Origin: Paraspadella gotoi
Taxonomy: Eukaryota; Animalia; Chaetognatha
Assembly (NCBI GenBank): GCA_051294375.1
Contig: CM119266.1
Span: forward strand, 18,710,087 to 18,774,086
Direction: 5' to 3'
Length of the DNA stretch: 64,000 bases
Shown here piece after piece: positions 35,401 to 47,000 of the stretch. The notes under the pieces were generated by a model, which was given only the letters and a program-made list of their open reading frames with translations, had not been told where the DNA came from and ran no database searches. Made by a program: the position numbers and the translations under genes. How positions within the stretch are numbered: the first letter of the stretch is position 1; every line of letters begins with the position of its first letter.

Positions 35401-37566
35401 AACTGTTAAGCCGTTATATATTCCATCACTTGCTCCTGTCTTTTTTGCTGCAATCCATTTTGACGATTGTGCCATGAATTGAAGTAATATGCGATCCTTT
35501 CTTCTTCTCATCATAAGTCCACCCGGGAAGGCAGGTGCATCGGGCCGATGAAAATGCAGGAAAGACTCCTAGGACAGGCGCTGAGGCCATTTCGCACTGG
35601 CCCTTCAAAAAATTTTTAAAAAGGTTTAAAGAATTGGTAAATGAATTATGAAGTGATTAAAAGCATCTCGCGTTGAGGATCAAAAAAATAGAGCGTAGGG
35701 CGTAGGTATTATCTTAAAAACAATTTCGAGCAAACTGCCGGATCTGCTCACGTTCATTAGCAGCAGATGATTAATTAATTGATTAATTAATAATTAATTA
35801 ACTTTTATATTTTTCCTTTTCTTTTCATTAGCGGTAAGTAAATGATCAGATAACTAATTAATTAATTTAATAATTAATTAATTTATTAATCAGAAAGTTA
35901 ACCTTTTTTAAATTTGTTTTTCAATCTGCTTGTTACAAAATTTAGGGTAAAAAAAAATTTAATTGAGATTTTGAGCAAATAATCTTGTTACCCTTCGTAA
36001 AGTAAATACTTACAACTACAATTGATCTAATACAGAAACTCTACAAACCAAATTACTTGCCAAGGTTTTCCACAGTCCAAGTCATCGCACGATTTGAGGT
36101 AAGGTTTTGCTCGTTCCATCATCGCATTCAGCCGCTCATTGAAGAAAATGGTAGGAATGATGATGCTTGAAATAGCACCAAGGAGGATCAGACCGGTAAA
36201 AATCTGAAGGTTATAATGGAAACATTTTAAAATATCAAGTTCACCGAGAATGACGTGGTTTAAAGCTAGCAGTTCTCTCAGGGGCCAACTTATGTATTAC
36301 TATTAGGTGATATTTTCTCTTGATTAACTAATTACATAAGTAAAGAAAATTGGTACAATTTAACATTTTCCTGTCGGCTATTAGTTTTTTAGTTGCGGAA
36401 CAACTCTATAAGTCACTTTTCGTTCGGTCTGTCTGTCCATCGGTCAACGAAAAACTGACAGACCAATTGTCAGAAACAGACCAATTGACCTGCAGACAGA
36501 GCGAGACTGACCTAGTGAAGGAAATAGACCAACTGACAAAGGCTGACCATTGTCCAACCGCCCATCAGGCAGACCGACCGATAGACAGACAGGGAGGAGG
36601 TCCCAGAACATAACGAAATAAAGGGAAAGTTATGCCGGTAAAAACAGTTTTGGATTCGTCGGAAAAAACTGACAAACTTTTGTAAAATATGTTACAAGAT
36701 ATTTTTCGGTTAAAGCTGCGAAAAATGACCAAAATGTTTCATCATATAATAGTTTTTACTACAGAGCATGAAAAAGTAGAGAATTTAGTTTTTTTTCCCC
36801 ATTTTTGACGCTGAAGACATTGAAATTTTTAATAACATATTTTAGATTTTTGATCTATTTTTTTATGAAGAATCAGAATCTTCAATAAAAAATTTTAAAA
36901 AATCATTTTAAAAATTTATGATTTTTTAAGGAGATTACTATAAATATATTGTAATTAATGATAGTGTAGCCCAAACAATGCAAGCAAAATATTTTTTATA
37001 CTTCTTAATTATACTATCTCACATCTCAATATCCTTGTTTGTTCACTCAAATAAAATTTATGTTCCCCAGTGCTCCACTCTACTGTATAATCCACTTTGT
37101 CGTTCAGTCGGTCCCAACTCTAAATCTTGTTGGTTAGTTACTTAGATCATGTCAGAACATCAAATTATGATAAAAAGATGATGTCCGTCTGTCAGTCTGT
37201 CCTTCCGTCTGTTTGTCAGTCTGTCTGCCTCGTCCGAAACCATAGCTCACAACTGTTTTATCTTTTCATTGCTCCACCCGAAATAGTAATGAGTACTTGT
37301 GACACAATTTAAACTTCCTAAATACTCTTACCCCGGAATAAATAAGCATACACCTTTCCATTTTCTCTCTTTGCTTCTGTTTTTTCAAGATAAATTCAGG
37401 TTCTTGTTCCGAAATGGTCGTTATATCCGTTTCAGCCGAAAAGAAAGTCCTATCATCATTAGTCCGATCTTCTTCTCTTGGTGACAGACTTTTCGACTTG
37501 GACGCTGTATCTTCTATCCGTTGCATTCCTTCCGAAGTGTTTGAAGCAAAACGAATAGGTGCGCAA
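7473..37566 (-). CDS. Spliced gene: type II membrane protein with EGF-like repeats and a C-terminal C-type-lectin-like region (~950 aa)
   Basis: Phase-compatible GT-AG exons 37332-37566, 36057-36203, 35430-35602, 34244-34360, 33331-33453, 30593-30931, 18031-18231, 17365-17676, 15240-15573, 14909-15076, ~13620/13652-13765, 8184-8430, 7473-7865. A TM helix spans the exon 1-2 junction (MLIYSG|IFTGLILLGAISSIIIPTIFF). EGF cysteine spacing is present. A few in-frame TAA codons are unresolved. Confidence 0.7.
9404..9631 (+). mobile_element. Solo LTR, family A, with twister at 9510-9593
   Basis: TGT...ACA termini; TSD ATAT; highly similar to 6901-7137. Confidence 0.9.
10059..10326 (+). mobile_element. 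Solo LTR, family C, with twister at 10187-10270
   Basis: TGTGG...GCCATA ends; TSD CTGT; homologous to 59172-59448; UAA-CCGC-GC, P3 CAGUGAC/GUCACUG, L4 UCGGAAGC. Confidence 0.85.
10651..11907. mobile_element. Penelope-like element remnant with inverted pseudo-LTRs
   Basis: Inverted repeats 10651-10697/11824-11872 and 10855-11134/11525-11822; ~35-nt unpaired tail; 12-bp TSD TATTGAATTCTT; hammerhead in the left arm; three 70-bp tandem units at 11146-11355. Confidence 0.85.
10700..10748 (-). ncRNA. Minimal type I hammerhead ribozyme (Penelope-type)
   Basis: CUGAUGA-A-GACUCU[loop]AGAGUC-GAAACAUGUC with palindromic stem III ACAUGU. Confidence 0.88.
12759..12832 (+). ncRNA. Twister ribozyme (P5-type permutation) in the 5' LTR of the TRIM
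   Basis: P5 GCAGUU/GACUGC; G-A-CGGG; U^AA (12782/12783); P2 CCC; T2 GC/GC; P3 CUGUAACA/UGUUACAG; P4 CCUGA/UCAGG; L4 UCCGAAGC (rice twister L4 is UCCCAAGC); T1 UCCG/CGGG. Confidence 0.85.
13179..13252 (+). ncRNA. Twister ribozyme in the 3' LTR (two point mutations)
   Basis: Same fold as 12759-12832, but with a P2' G>T change and L4 UCCAAAGC, which weakens T1. Confidence 0.75.
14407..14628 (+). mobile_element. Solo LTR, family B (twister P4/L4 deleted)
   Basis: Matches 12651-12884; TATGG...TCTTCA ends; TSD ATAT; perfect tRNA-like acceptor stem GCGGCCA/TGGCCGC. Confidence 0.92.
14909..15573 (-). CDS. Cys-rich exons (15240-15573 and 14909-15076)
   Basis: Phase-0 join KCGCPK|GSTCFIDP...HIKC. 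Confidence 0.75.
15690..16825 (+). mobile_element. HINE-like element with nested insertions
   Basis: Same 5' hairpin and 3' GCAGATCCGACATTGTTTGCTCAAACTTG end as 45363-47587. Confidence 0.6.
15980..16225 (-). pseudogene. Possible Penelope-like RT fragment
   Basis: FVMDLGPFHKPIDGALD resembles the RT motif SFDVxSLFTxVPIDxAL; GC-rich island. Confidence 0.4.
17700..17806 (-). mobile_element. tRNA-derived SINE (degenerate second copy at 16888-16944 +)
   Basis: Minus strand A-box TGGCTCAGTGG and B-box GGTTCGAGTCC without a full cloverleaf. Confidence 0.65.
18752..19440 (+). pseudogene. Penelope-like element RT C-terminus plus GIY-YIG endonuclease remnant (frameshifted)
   Basis: GYP.WAF, LPYHQGITESL, VKPKDK, YVGETGKSLTDRFQQH, SAVAEH..NTGH, R.IREA and PSLNRDGG motifs across frames. 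Confidence 0.9.
19927..20942 (+). repeat. ~70-bp minisatellite, about 14 copies
   Basis: Unit AAAAAGACCTCCAGGTTAACGCCCTGCTCCTTCCTCCGTCCGCCTATCTCCTACACACTGCCTGATTTTTC. Confidence 0.95.
23265..24100. mobile_element. Two tail-to-tail Penelope-like pseudo-LTRs with hammerhead motifs (23671-23708 +, degenerate; 23885-23923 -)
   Basis: Similar to the arms of 10651-11907; minus strand reads CUGAUGAAGACUC...GAGUCGAAAUAUGUG. Confidence 0.75.
25700..28122 (-). mobile_element. HINE-like element with a (GGAC)n tract; terminus duplicated across an N-gap
   Basis: Reverse-complement similarity to 45363-46500; left boundary approximate. Confidence 0.6.
26690..27025 (+). repeat. ~19-20-bp tandem repeat
   Basis: Variants of GCATAATTTGGTCAACTG. 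Confidence 0.9.
29454..29596 (+). mobile_element. Short Penelope-like pseudo-LTR insertion
   Basis: 12-bp TSD TGATAATGTTTT; inverted segment 29454-29469/29545-29560 plus a 3' tail; contains a hammerhead. Confidence 0.85.
29468..29518 (+). ncRNA. Minimal hammerhead ribozyme
   Basis: CUGAUGA-A-GACUCU-CAACCAC-AGAGUC-GAAACAUGUC, intact core. Confidence 0.9.
29844..30455 (+). mobile_element. 612-bp non-autonomous hAT (Buster-like) element
   Basis: TIR TAAGGCGTAGT(A/G)AA; 8-bp TSD CTATACAT; near-identical copy at 39811-40422. Confidence 0.92.
30593..30931 (-). CDS. EGF-like repeat exon
   Basis: CFNGGIC...GYCRCSDGYTSNNCE and CDTVNDRCICDEMHGGDAC; GTAAGT donor. Confidence 0.88.
31700..31862 (+). 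repeat. 22-bp tandem repeat, about 7 copies
   Basis: TGATAGTCATTCATTGATGCGA. Confidence 0.9.
36057..37566 (-). CDS. N-terminal exons (37332-37566 and 36057-36203): cytoplasmic tail and TM anchor
   Basis: Canonical splice sites; hydrophobic helix continuous across the junction; candidate ATG at 37526. Confidence 0.75.
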
Positions 37567-39400
37567 CTGCAAATAAACAAATATGTGAACCGCTTTCAAG
37601 TGTTTAAAGTTCAGTATAAATTGAGTTAAAATGATATACGGCGGAGGTCCAGCCCTATTGGGACTAACTTCAAGTGCTTACAGCACAAAAATGTTTATGA
37701 TAAAAGAAAAAAAAGGATTATATTTAGAAATTAGGCTAATTTCTCTTTGAATTGATATCAAAAATGTCTGAAAAATTTCGGGGCGATTTAGCTGTAAACT
37801 CCATCTGGCGTTAGGGTTGAGGTTAGGGAAGGTATTGGCGAGGGAAATTATGGATTAGGGTTTGGTCTCGGCTGTGGCCATGAGGCCTGGGTTAGGGTTG
37901 GGGGAGAAGACCATGGGCGTTGCGACGAAGGACATTAGGTTTAGGGTTGAGGCACGGAGATGAACGGCAGGACCGGGTTAGGGCTGGGGGGAGAAGCCCG
38001 CGGTTGACGCTAAGGTTAAGGTTTTTGCGCGTCATAAGACAGGAGGCCCGGGTTTGGGTTAGGGAAACTGGTTCGGGTTAGGATTTGGATTGGGGTCCGG
38101 TTTAGGGTTAGGATAGAACGGGAGGCTGTCGATATCGCGAGCCGGGGGAAGAGATTAGGTTTAGTACTATGAAATAAGTTCGATTTTAATGCTTTTATTG
38201 TTGCTATCAAAATTACAATATTACTATATAATGATAAAATTTGTTTTTAATCAATCTTAACTTTTTTTGGTTGATTCTGATGGAGCATAAAAAGTTAAAT
38301 AAAAATTATAACTACAACTATCAAAATTTTTTATGTTTTCTTGGTCAAAATTAAGAAAAAGTAATAAAATTATCGAAAGATGATGATGATTATAAATAGT
38401 TTTTCATATTTTTCACCCACTTATGTCACCCAGTTATGATCAAAATATCGAAAAAAGAATTATACTTTGTGTAGATAACTTTTTGCAAGCTTCCTGAATT
38501 TGATCTTAAAAATAAAATCTTAAAACAATTTTTAGCCTTTTCTATTTATAAATAAATATTAAAAAATTAATATATGTAATATGTTTATTCAAATTTTTTA
38601 AAAAATGTCTAAATTTTTGTTTGAGCAGGTGCTTAATTCAAATATCTTAACCACCTTACTTAGGCTCCCCCTACTTGTAGTGTATGAATATCTACAGGGA
38701 AGTCCAGCTCTTTTGGGACTAACTTCAAAAAATTGTTTGGACGTTTGATAGAGCTTGAAAAGTTAGATGAAGGTTATTATTACAACTTTTTTAAAATTTT
38801 AATGATTTGTCGATAAAAATTAACAAAAATTATCAATTTATTGAATGATGATGATGATGATTTTTTAAGGTTTTTCAAATTTTAACCTATTTATCATTAA
38901 AATTTTTGAAATATGTAAAATTTTTTAAGCATTTCTTATATATTGTTAAATATTAAAATGTTTTAATCCACGAATAAATGAATTTAATCAAAATCTAATA
39001 TCATAAGTTAATTTGGTTGTAAAAGGATAAAAAACTTTTATTGCAGACGGTTTCACTCTTTGATTATGCTTTCCCCCCCTTTTATGAAATTGGTACAACC
39101 AATATAAAAATTATCCATTCATTTAATAAATAAGCTATCTAAATATAAATGCAAGCAGCAATAATTAATTAATTAATTATTTAATTAATTAATCTGCAAT
39201 TAAGCTTCCAAAACAGATTAATTAATCTATAATAACTCTAACTACTTAATTACAGATTATTCTTCTGATCAGCTCTTGAGCAGATCCGACATTGTTTGCT
39301 CAAAGTTTTTTGAAGCTTAAAGAAAGGGAAAAATTAATCATTTTAACTCGTCTAAGGTTACCTGAGAAGTTCAATGACCTTTCACTCATCGCTGAAAGGG

Positions 39401-40632
39401 TATGGTGGACTAAAATCCACCAACCGTTCATCAGCGGCTATTGGTGCAGGAGACAAATAATTCGTCTCCCAACCCAAAGGTCCCAGTGGTTTCCTAGTAG
39501 TTAAGAGGGACGGGGCGCTTAACCTGCCTGTAACACAGTGTTACAGCCTGATCTGAAGCTCAGGGACTGCTTAAGCAGTGCTTATATTGAAAGGTTCTGT
39601 CACTAGCATAACAATAATTACTGTCTCTTCATTGGTGAGCTCGACTTCCAAACACTACAGCAACAACAACACTTTCAGGCGACATGCCTCAACCTGTCGA
39701 TGCACTTTCTGCCAGCAACATATCATGTCTCAACTTGGGGATGAACTTTCCACCAACAATTCACAGAAGAGATGCAACAGACTTCTTCCTAGGGGAGGGG
39801 GGATGTATAGTAAGGCGTAGTAAATTTTCTAAATTTAACTTTAATTAAAATTCTAAAAGTGAGGAACGAACAACATTATATTAATGAACATTTATGTAAT
39901 AAAAAAATTTATAATAAATTTTACAATTTACGCAGTAGGCCATATTTATACTAGTACTAAACCAATAAATGTTAAAATTTCAAAACAGTTTTTTGTAAGA
40001 TTTTTTTGCAGATTTGGATTCGTCATAAAAAGTTGATAAATAGAAATATAACTCTTTTTGAAAAATTCCTTCATTAAGTGGGTCAAAAATGAGAAAAAGC
40101 TATATTTTAAGCTGAAAATTAATTTTTTCCACATTAAATATAGTTTTTTTAATTTTTAACCCACTTAATGAAAGAATTTTTAAAAATGAGTTATATTTTC
40201 TTTTGTCAACTTTTTACGAGGAATTCAAATCTGCAATCAAAATTAAGAAAAGCCTATTTTGAAATATTTCGATTTTATAAGGTTAGTACTATATATAAAT
40301 ATAGCCTACTGCGAAAATTAAAAAACATAAAATTAATTTTTTTTACAAATTAATGTTCACTGATGGTATGTTGTTCATAATTGACTTTTAGAATTTTCGT
40401 ATGTAACTTTCACTACGCCTTAATGTATAGTGGAATAAAATCCATTAACCATTCATAATCAGCCATTGGTGCCAAAGGACCGGGGTTCTAGCCCGGTTGC
40501 CGCATTGCAGTTAAGAGGGATGGGGCGCTTAACCCGCCTGTAACACAGTGTTACAGCCTGATCCGAAGCTCAGGGACTGCTTATATTGAATGGTTCTGAC
40601 ACTAACACACAACAATCGTTACTGTCTCTTCA
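39401..40632 (+). mobile_element. Second full TRIM of family B, 3' LTR interrupted by a hAT MITE
   Basis: LTR1 39401-39631; PBS TGGTGAGCTCGAC; PPT 39791-39803; LTR2 split by the insertion at 39811-40422; TSD AGGG; twister fold retained at 40507-40580. Confidence 0.92.
39811..40422 (+). mobile_element. 612-bp hAT element nested in the TRIM 3' LTR
   Basis: Same TIRs; 8-bp TSD ATGTATAG; partial third copy at about 42590-42815. Confidence 0.92.
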
Positions 40633-41046
40633 AGGGTCGACTTTATTTCCAAATGATTTTCTCATTTTTAAATATTTTCAAATAATTAACCTGCTCGTGA
40701 TGTCCGACAAAGAGAGAGAAAATACACAGCGTTAAGCTTGATAAGAGTCACGAACAAAGTACTGAGAGTATTAAGAGCGACTTTATACAGAGAAAAATTT
40801 GGCACGCCTCTAAACAGTCAACATTTTAATCTTCCACAATGTAAACAAAAATGCAGAATGGCATCAAATAATTTTAAAGAGCTTTATTTATATCAATATT
40901 ACTGTTTCATTTAATTTTTCGTCGCCACAGGTTTAAAAAAACATTAACGTCGCGGAGCCATCCTCGCTGACTTTTTTTCCGTCGACCTCATTGTTATATA
41001 ATATTATTAGTTTTTTTGACAACATCGACGGAGCGGCCTTTGGCTG

Positions 41047-44000
41047 CTACGGAGTGCTACGGAATGGCCTTTGGCTGCTACGGTGCATCCTCAGTTTCGA
41101 TGGCGTTTTTAAGTTGCGCTTTTTTCGCACTTCCCGCTTTTGTGGAGTCTTTATCCCGTAAAGCATCCTAAAAATTAAGCCATAGCTTGAATATTTTCTT
41201 ATTATTAATCAAATTATCAATTAAGTGATCCTATTCTCATGTAAAAATATTTAGCAAGCAATATTTGGAGGTAGATTAGGATGTATGAGGTTATTGAGTT
41301 AATTGCAGATTCATTTTTCAGAGTCATCCTGAGAGGACTACGAGCACGCCATATGTAGTTAGTTATATAACGATTTCGCTAGGGGCATATGTCGTTTTTG
41401 CCTAATCGCCAACTACATCTGGCGGTAGTTAAGGTTAGCTGTGAAGGTTTGGGAGGTGATTTACTAAACCCTAAACTATGGTAAGGGTTGAGTTGAGGGC
41501 GGTGGGATAACACTTTAAAACATTGGTCTTTCTGACTTTAGTCACTGCCATATTTATTACTTTATCTCCTAACCATTGATTCCATATAGTAATATGATAC
41601 TTCTCTATGAGTTTCAACAGGCCACATTAAGGGCTATATGATCAACCAAAGAAAGAATCTGATTAAATGACATTGAAATAATTTAAGCATTAAAGGAAGA
41701 CAGTTCGACGATCCACTATTATAGCGGAATATTCTGGCCGTGAACTCATTCTGTCTCTCTCTCAAATAAAACAGATCGAAGGTGAACACTTTCCTAAAGG
41801 TGAAAAAAAATTAAACATTTGCTACACCTTACCTTGGAGGCTGGGGATCGTTGTTTTGACTTGAGGGTCGCATGATCTCGGACTTCCTCGATAGATGGTC
41901 TTCGGCGCCATTGATAACGGATGGCGTACTTAAAAGCAGAAATATAATCAGCTTGAAAAAATAAGATAATAGGACTAAACTCTGACAAAACAAGAACCTT
42001 AATTCGAATATGTTGCGCCGCAGTAACTGCCTTATCACGTGTATTTCTCGTGACATCAATAATTTCTTAACCCGTGTATTTATGACACACACTGCATCGG
42101 AATTACGTCTTTTATTCTTTACAGTTTTTAGCTTTCCTGAATTCGGCGCTAGCAGTGACTTAGATTTGAGGTTTTTCCTGTCTTAACAAATGAACAAATT
42201 ATATATATTTTTAAAATAATTGGGACTGACCGACGGGCAGACATACCGACAAACCGACCGAAAAGTGACTTATAGAGTTGCTCCGCGAGTACTCGCGGCG
42301 CAACTAAAAATCCACAGGTTTTTTGAGAATACTGTGGCGAATCCTAATTTCGCCTCCCGTATAGCTTGGTGAAACTCATTGGCTTGGACAGCTAAGTACT
42401 CTTTCACCAACCATGAATTTCGGGTTCAATCCCTACACGGTCACGCTGGTTAAAGTGTGATGGTGTCGGAATAAACACGCCAGTGAGATGGGGTTGTCAC
42501 TGCAGGTTCAGAGAAAGAAATATAGACATCTGATTAGCTGCTTACCACTAAATTATTGTGAGCAGATCCGACATTGTTTGCTCGAACTATATAGTTTTTT
42601 TTTTTTAATTTTAACCTACTTAATGAAAGAAATTTTAAAAAGGATTTCTATTTTCTTTTATCAACTTTTAACGAGGAATTCAAATCTGCCATGAAAAAGG
42701 AAAAGCACAAAAATTGAAAAAACACAATTTTTTTGGTTATAAATAAGTATTCACTGGTGATACGTTGTTCGAAATTGACTTTTATAATTTTTATACGTAA
42801 CTTTTACTACGCTCTAGTTAATAGGGTCAGTTCGAACCCCTAAGTTCCGAACTTGAGGGAGGAATGAGTCGACTTACGACCGGTCTCTTACGAGAACCTT
42901 CCTTTTTCCCTCTCCTTCGGGCCAGTCGGTCACCACCGTCACTTTGCCCAAGCTCTGGCAATGACTGGATCCACAAATAGGGCCGAGGAGACCGTAAGGT
43001 CAAGTTGGTCCGGGCGTTGATAAAAGTGGATCTAGAGATTGCTCGTCTCACTTCTTTTCGACTTCACCTTCTTCCCACTTTTATTCCTACTATTTTCGTC
43101 TTCTACACTATTTTGAATATTGCAGTATATTCATTTGTGTTACGAGAAAGTTTGTTTTAATTATTTAGGCTGTATCGTTCTTAAATATCTAGTAATTATA
43201 CCGCCTCACTCGTATAATAATACTAATTCGTTTATTTAAGGTTATTCCTCCTCCCCCTACTTCTAGACGGACTTGAATCGTGAATCCGTTGTAGAGACCT
43301 ATCACAGAAGTTGCGAACATAGTGCAAGCCATCGCCGCCACCACGTTGTTGGCTTGGTAGTCCTCGTCTTTCTCGTCTATTCTCAGGAGAAAAATGATGG
43401 CAACAGGCGCGGCTGTGCCCAAAGCGCAGAGAACCATGTAGACCACGATTCCTCGAAGGTTCTTCCTGCGATTAATGAATGGGAGTTTAAATTAGTCGCG
43501 TCTGCTTGTGTCTTGACTCGAATGAATAATTGGAAAATTCACTTTTTCGATCTGCCGGTCACGCATTTTAATAGTAAATCGTTTAAAAAAAAATACTTCC
43601 ATCTGTTCATCGCTTCGTCTGTCCGGCCGTGTCCAGTAGCGTGGAGCATAAATACAAGATATGATATATGACCTCTTGTGTCCCCTTAATTTTTTGTATT
43701 TGATATAATACGATGCCCCAAGATAAAAAAAATAAAAATTCGCTCGCTTAATTTTCCCGTTCTATGGATTTTATAAAGCAATTTGATGTAAAGAAATTGT
43801 AAAAAAATCGCCAAATTTGATATCAAAGAAAGCTGGTTAAGTTCACTTTTTTAAGTGAAATATAGCTAAAACAAAGAATTTAAACCCATTTTCATCCATA
43901 AAAATTTTTAAAAATATGTTTATTTAAATATTGAGCAATTCTAAAAGATAAGTATTTTCATAAAAATTTTGTTAAAATTAAGCAAAATGAAAAATAAGTA

Positions 44001-47000
44001 CCAAGCCACAAACGCAGTAAATATCCTTTTTAAAGCTTATAAAAGCTTTTAGTAGCTACATTAAACTTTATACAGCTTATAATAAGCTTTACTAAAAAAT
44101 ATTAATTGACTTTACCATAGGCCTTACCCATTACCACTCTCCCTCCCTTCGAAGATCGCTCTTGCCGATCTGTCTTCTTTTTTTTAATAAAATGAAAAAA
44201 TTATCATGAAAGATTGGTAAGATCTTTTTAAATAAAACTACTCTGTTAAATATTAGTACAATTAATAATAAAATAATAATAATAATAATAATAATATAAT
44301 AATAAACTATTACAATTTGTTCAGAAAAATTAAATTTTAGATCAGAGATGTTTTATCACTATTTTCATAACTTCTATCAATTTTGTTTAACATTTTGTTG
44401 GCTCATTTTAGTCTGTATAACAAGGAGGTTAATTTTCTTATAATAAATAATATAATCCTAAATTGTATTGACGCTCGTGGCGGCGTGTGGGCATGGCCAT
44501 AGGGGCTCGACGTCAGATGGCCGTGGATTCGATATCGGCAGTCTACGTTCTGCCCCATTGCTCTCGACGAAGTTTGCCCCATATTCTCGAGAGAAAGAGC
44601 GCGACTACGAACTACGCTTTGAAGAAGCTTTATCTCTCTGATTCACTCACATCACTCTCTCTCTCTCACTCACTCACTCTCAGTTGTCTCTTCTCTCTCT
44701 CTGAAGAGAACTTCTGTTTCGACGCTTGCGGTCCGGGCGTTTGCAGAGTCGCTCGTCCAAAAAAAAATGGTTTTGACAAAAGTCTCGCTGACTTTATCTC
44801 TGCTGAGTGTAAAACAAGAATTTCCCAAAAGTCTAAAGGTTTATTTTCTCGGTGACAGACGTAGCAAATATTTGCGACAATAACGTGACAAAATAAGTCG
44901 CGAAACCCCTAAAAACGGTTTTTCGGACGAGCAACGACTTTCCAAAGCGTGGTTCTAAAACGACTGAAAAGCCGGTCATAAAAATTATAAAAATCAACCA
45001 TACGAGCTCTCAACAAACCCGAACAATCCAACACTCATATAACGGGCCGAAGAGAAAAAAATGACCCAAAAGCTTCCAAAACTTTTTAACAAACTACATA
45101 AAAATAGAAGACGAAATGACGTTTGAAAACATGTCTGCCAATAATAAATAAATTTATTTGTGAAAATCCAAATTTTGGTTTTATCTATATCTTTTACCAA
45201 CGAAATGAAAAGAAAACGTAATGGACCGAAAAAGACAAAAGCGTGAACTCGGGAAATATCCACTATATTTTTTATGTAAAGCATTGTTTAGTCAGCAGGG
45301 GCATTGAAACGGTTTTAGAACCTATATTTTTAATATTCTCCTTTCGTCACATTCCATCACGTTTTTAGTCGGAATCTGCTTATCAGAGATCTCGACTCTA
45401 TAACTCACTTTTTCGGTCCGTCGGTCCGCCCCCTCAATTAATGTCGGGGCACATACTTATACTATGTCAGAACATGAACATTATGATAAATTATGCAAAA
45501 AATGATAGATTCCGTCCGTCGTGTGTCGTCTGTTCCTCCCCTGAAACAAATATCCATTCCGTCTGCGTCGCATGAGATACTACACTCGGATTGGTGTGGA
45601 TAGGTAAGTTGTGTGATTGAGCTGGATATGAATTGAGATTCGTCCGAGTGGAGATGAGTACTCCTAAATGGAAAAAACAAAAAAAAATATATTCACTATT
45701 TGAACACACAATTGCTCATGAGTGGATGGGCTGATTGACCTGGAATTTTGTATGTGGGTGAAAGTGTGTGAGAGAGAAAGAAATCAAGTTTCGAAATAGT
45801 TTGATGGAAATGAGTTTAAATTGAAAAAAAAACCTGTTTTACAATAATTGATTATGCTTCTTCCTTATAATAAATGTATCTGCAGGATGTATTAATAAAT
45901 CAAATAATTAATCAGTTAATTAATCAATTAGTAAATAAATTAATCAATAATTAATTAATTAGTCAATCAATCGTCCATCCCGTCCCATCTTAGCAAAAAG
46001 CTCCAATACTCGTGATTGGCTGGTTGGATTGGATTAAATTTTGTGTGTGGGTAGGAAAGTGTGTGATAAAGCTGGATATAAAATTTCGATGGAATCGTGT
46101 GAGTGGAAATTAGTTTAAATTGAAAAACATAAAGTCGAATTTACTAAAATCTTTTTACTTTTTTAACCAATAAATACTCCAATTAATCATAATTGGATGG
46201 ATAGATTGAGTTGAAATTTTGTGTGTGGGTAGGAAAACGTATGACGAAGCTTGATATAAAGTTTCAGTGGAAACGTACAGTGGAAATGAGTTTTAAATGA
46301 AAAAAATATGAGTCACATTTACTTAAATCTTTTTATTTATTTTAACCCATGATAGATTGAGATGAAATTTTTTGAGCCGGTAGGAAAGTGAGTGAAGAAG
46401 CTAGATATAAAGTTTTGACGGAATGCAAGTTGAAAAATTATGCAAGTTGAAAAAAATGATGCAAGTTAAAAAAATCTTAAAAGCATAAGGAATATGCCAT
46501 AGCAAAAAGAGAAGAGAGAGGAGTAGAGAGAAGGAGAATGAAGAGAAGAGGAGAGAGAAGGAGAGAAGAGAAAGAGAGAGAAGAGACAAAAATAAAAAAA
46601 TCATTAAACAACAAGATCGACCAGAGCCCATGTATCAATGAAAATATAACCGGACAAAAAACGAAATGAATCTCGTACGATATATTATTATTAAATAGTA
46701 ATTGATGGAGGTAATACTAATCTGAATTGATGTAATCTATTTTGATGTAATAGGAAATATGAGTTTTCTCATTATCATTTTTCGTCGCGTTGTTCACTGC
46801 AGGATAGTCATAGTGAATGCGAATGATTGTCATATCATTAGATAGACGAATGATAGATCAATAAGATAGCAAGAATATATCAAAAACAAATGCGTTAAGA
46901 GATGAAGAGAGAAAGAGAAAGAAGAAGAGAAAAGAGAGAGAGAGAGAGAGAGAAGAAAAGAGATATAATCCACGAAAATCTCGGATGAAAATATGGGATT

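Noticed and set aside
42955-43045. Pistol-ribozyme-like words (AAAUAG, GCGUUGAU, possible CUGGAU/GUCCGG pseudoknot)
   Set aside because: P1 is not paired, spacing is wrong and there is no GU cleavage site between P3 and P2; an alternative helix explains the sequence.
44472-44545. tRNA or SINE head
   Set aside because: Only weak A/B-box resemblance, single copy in the window, no TSD found.
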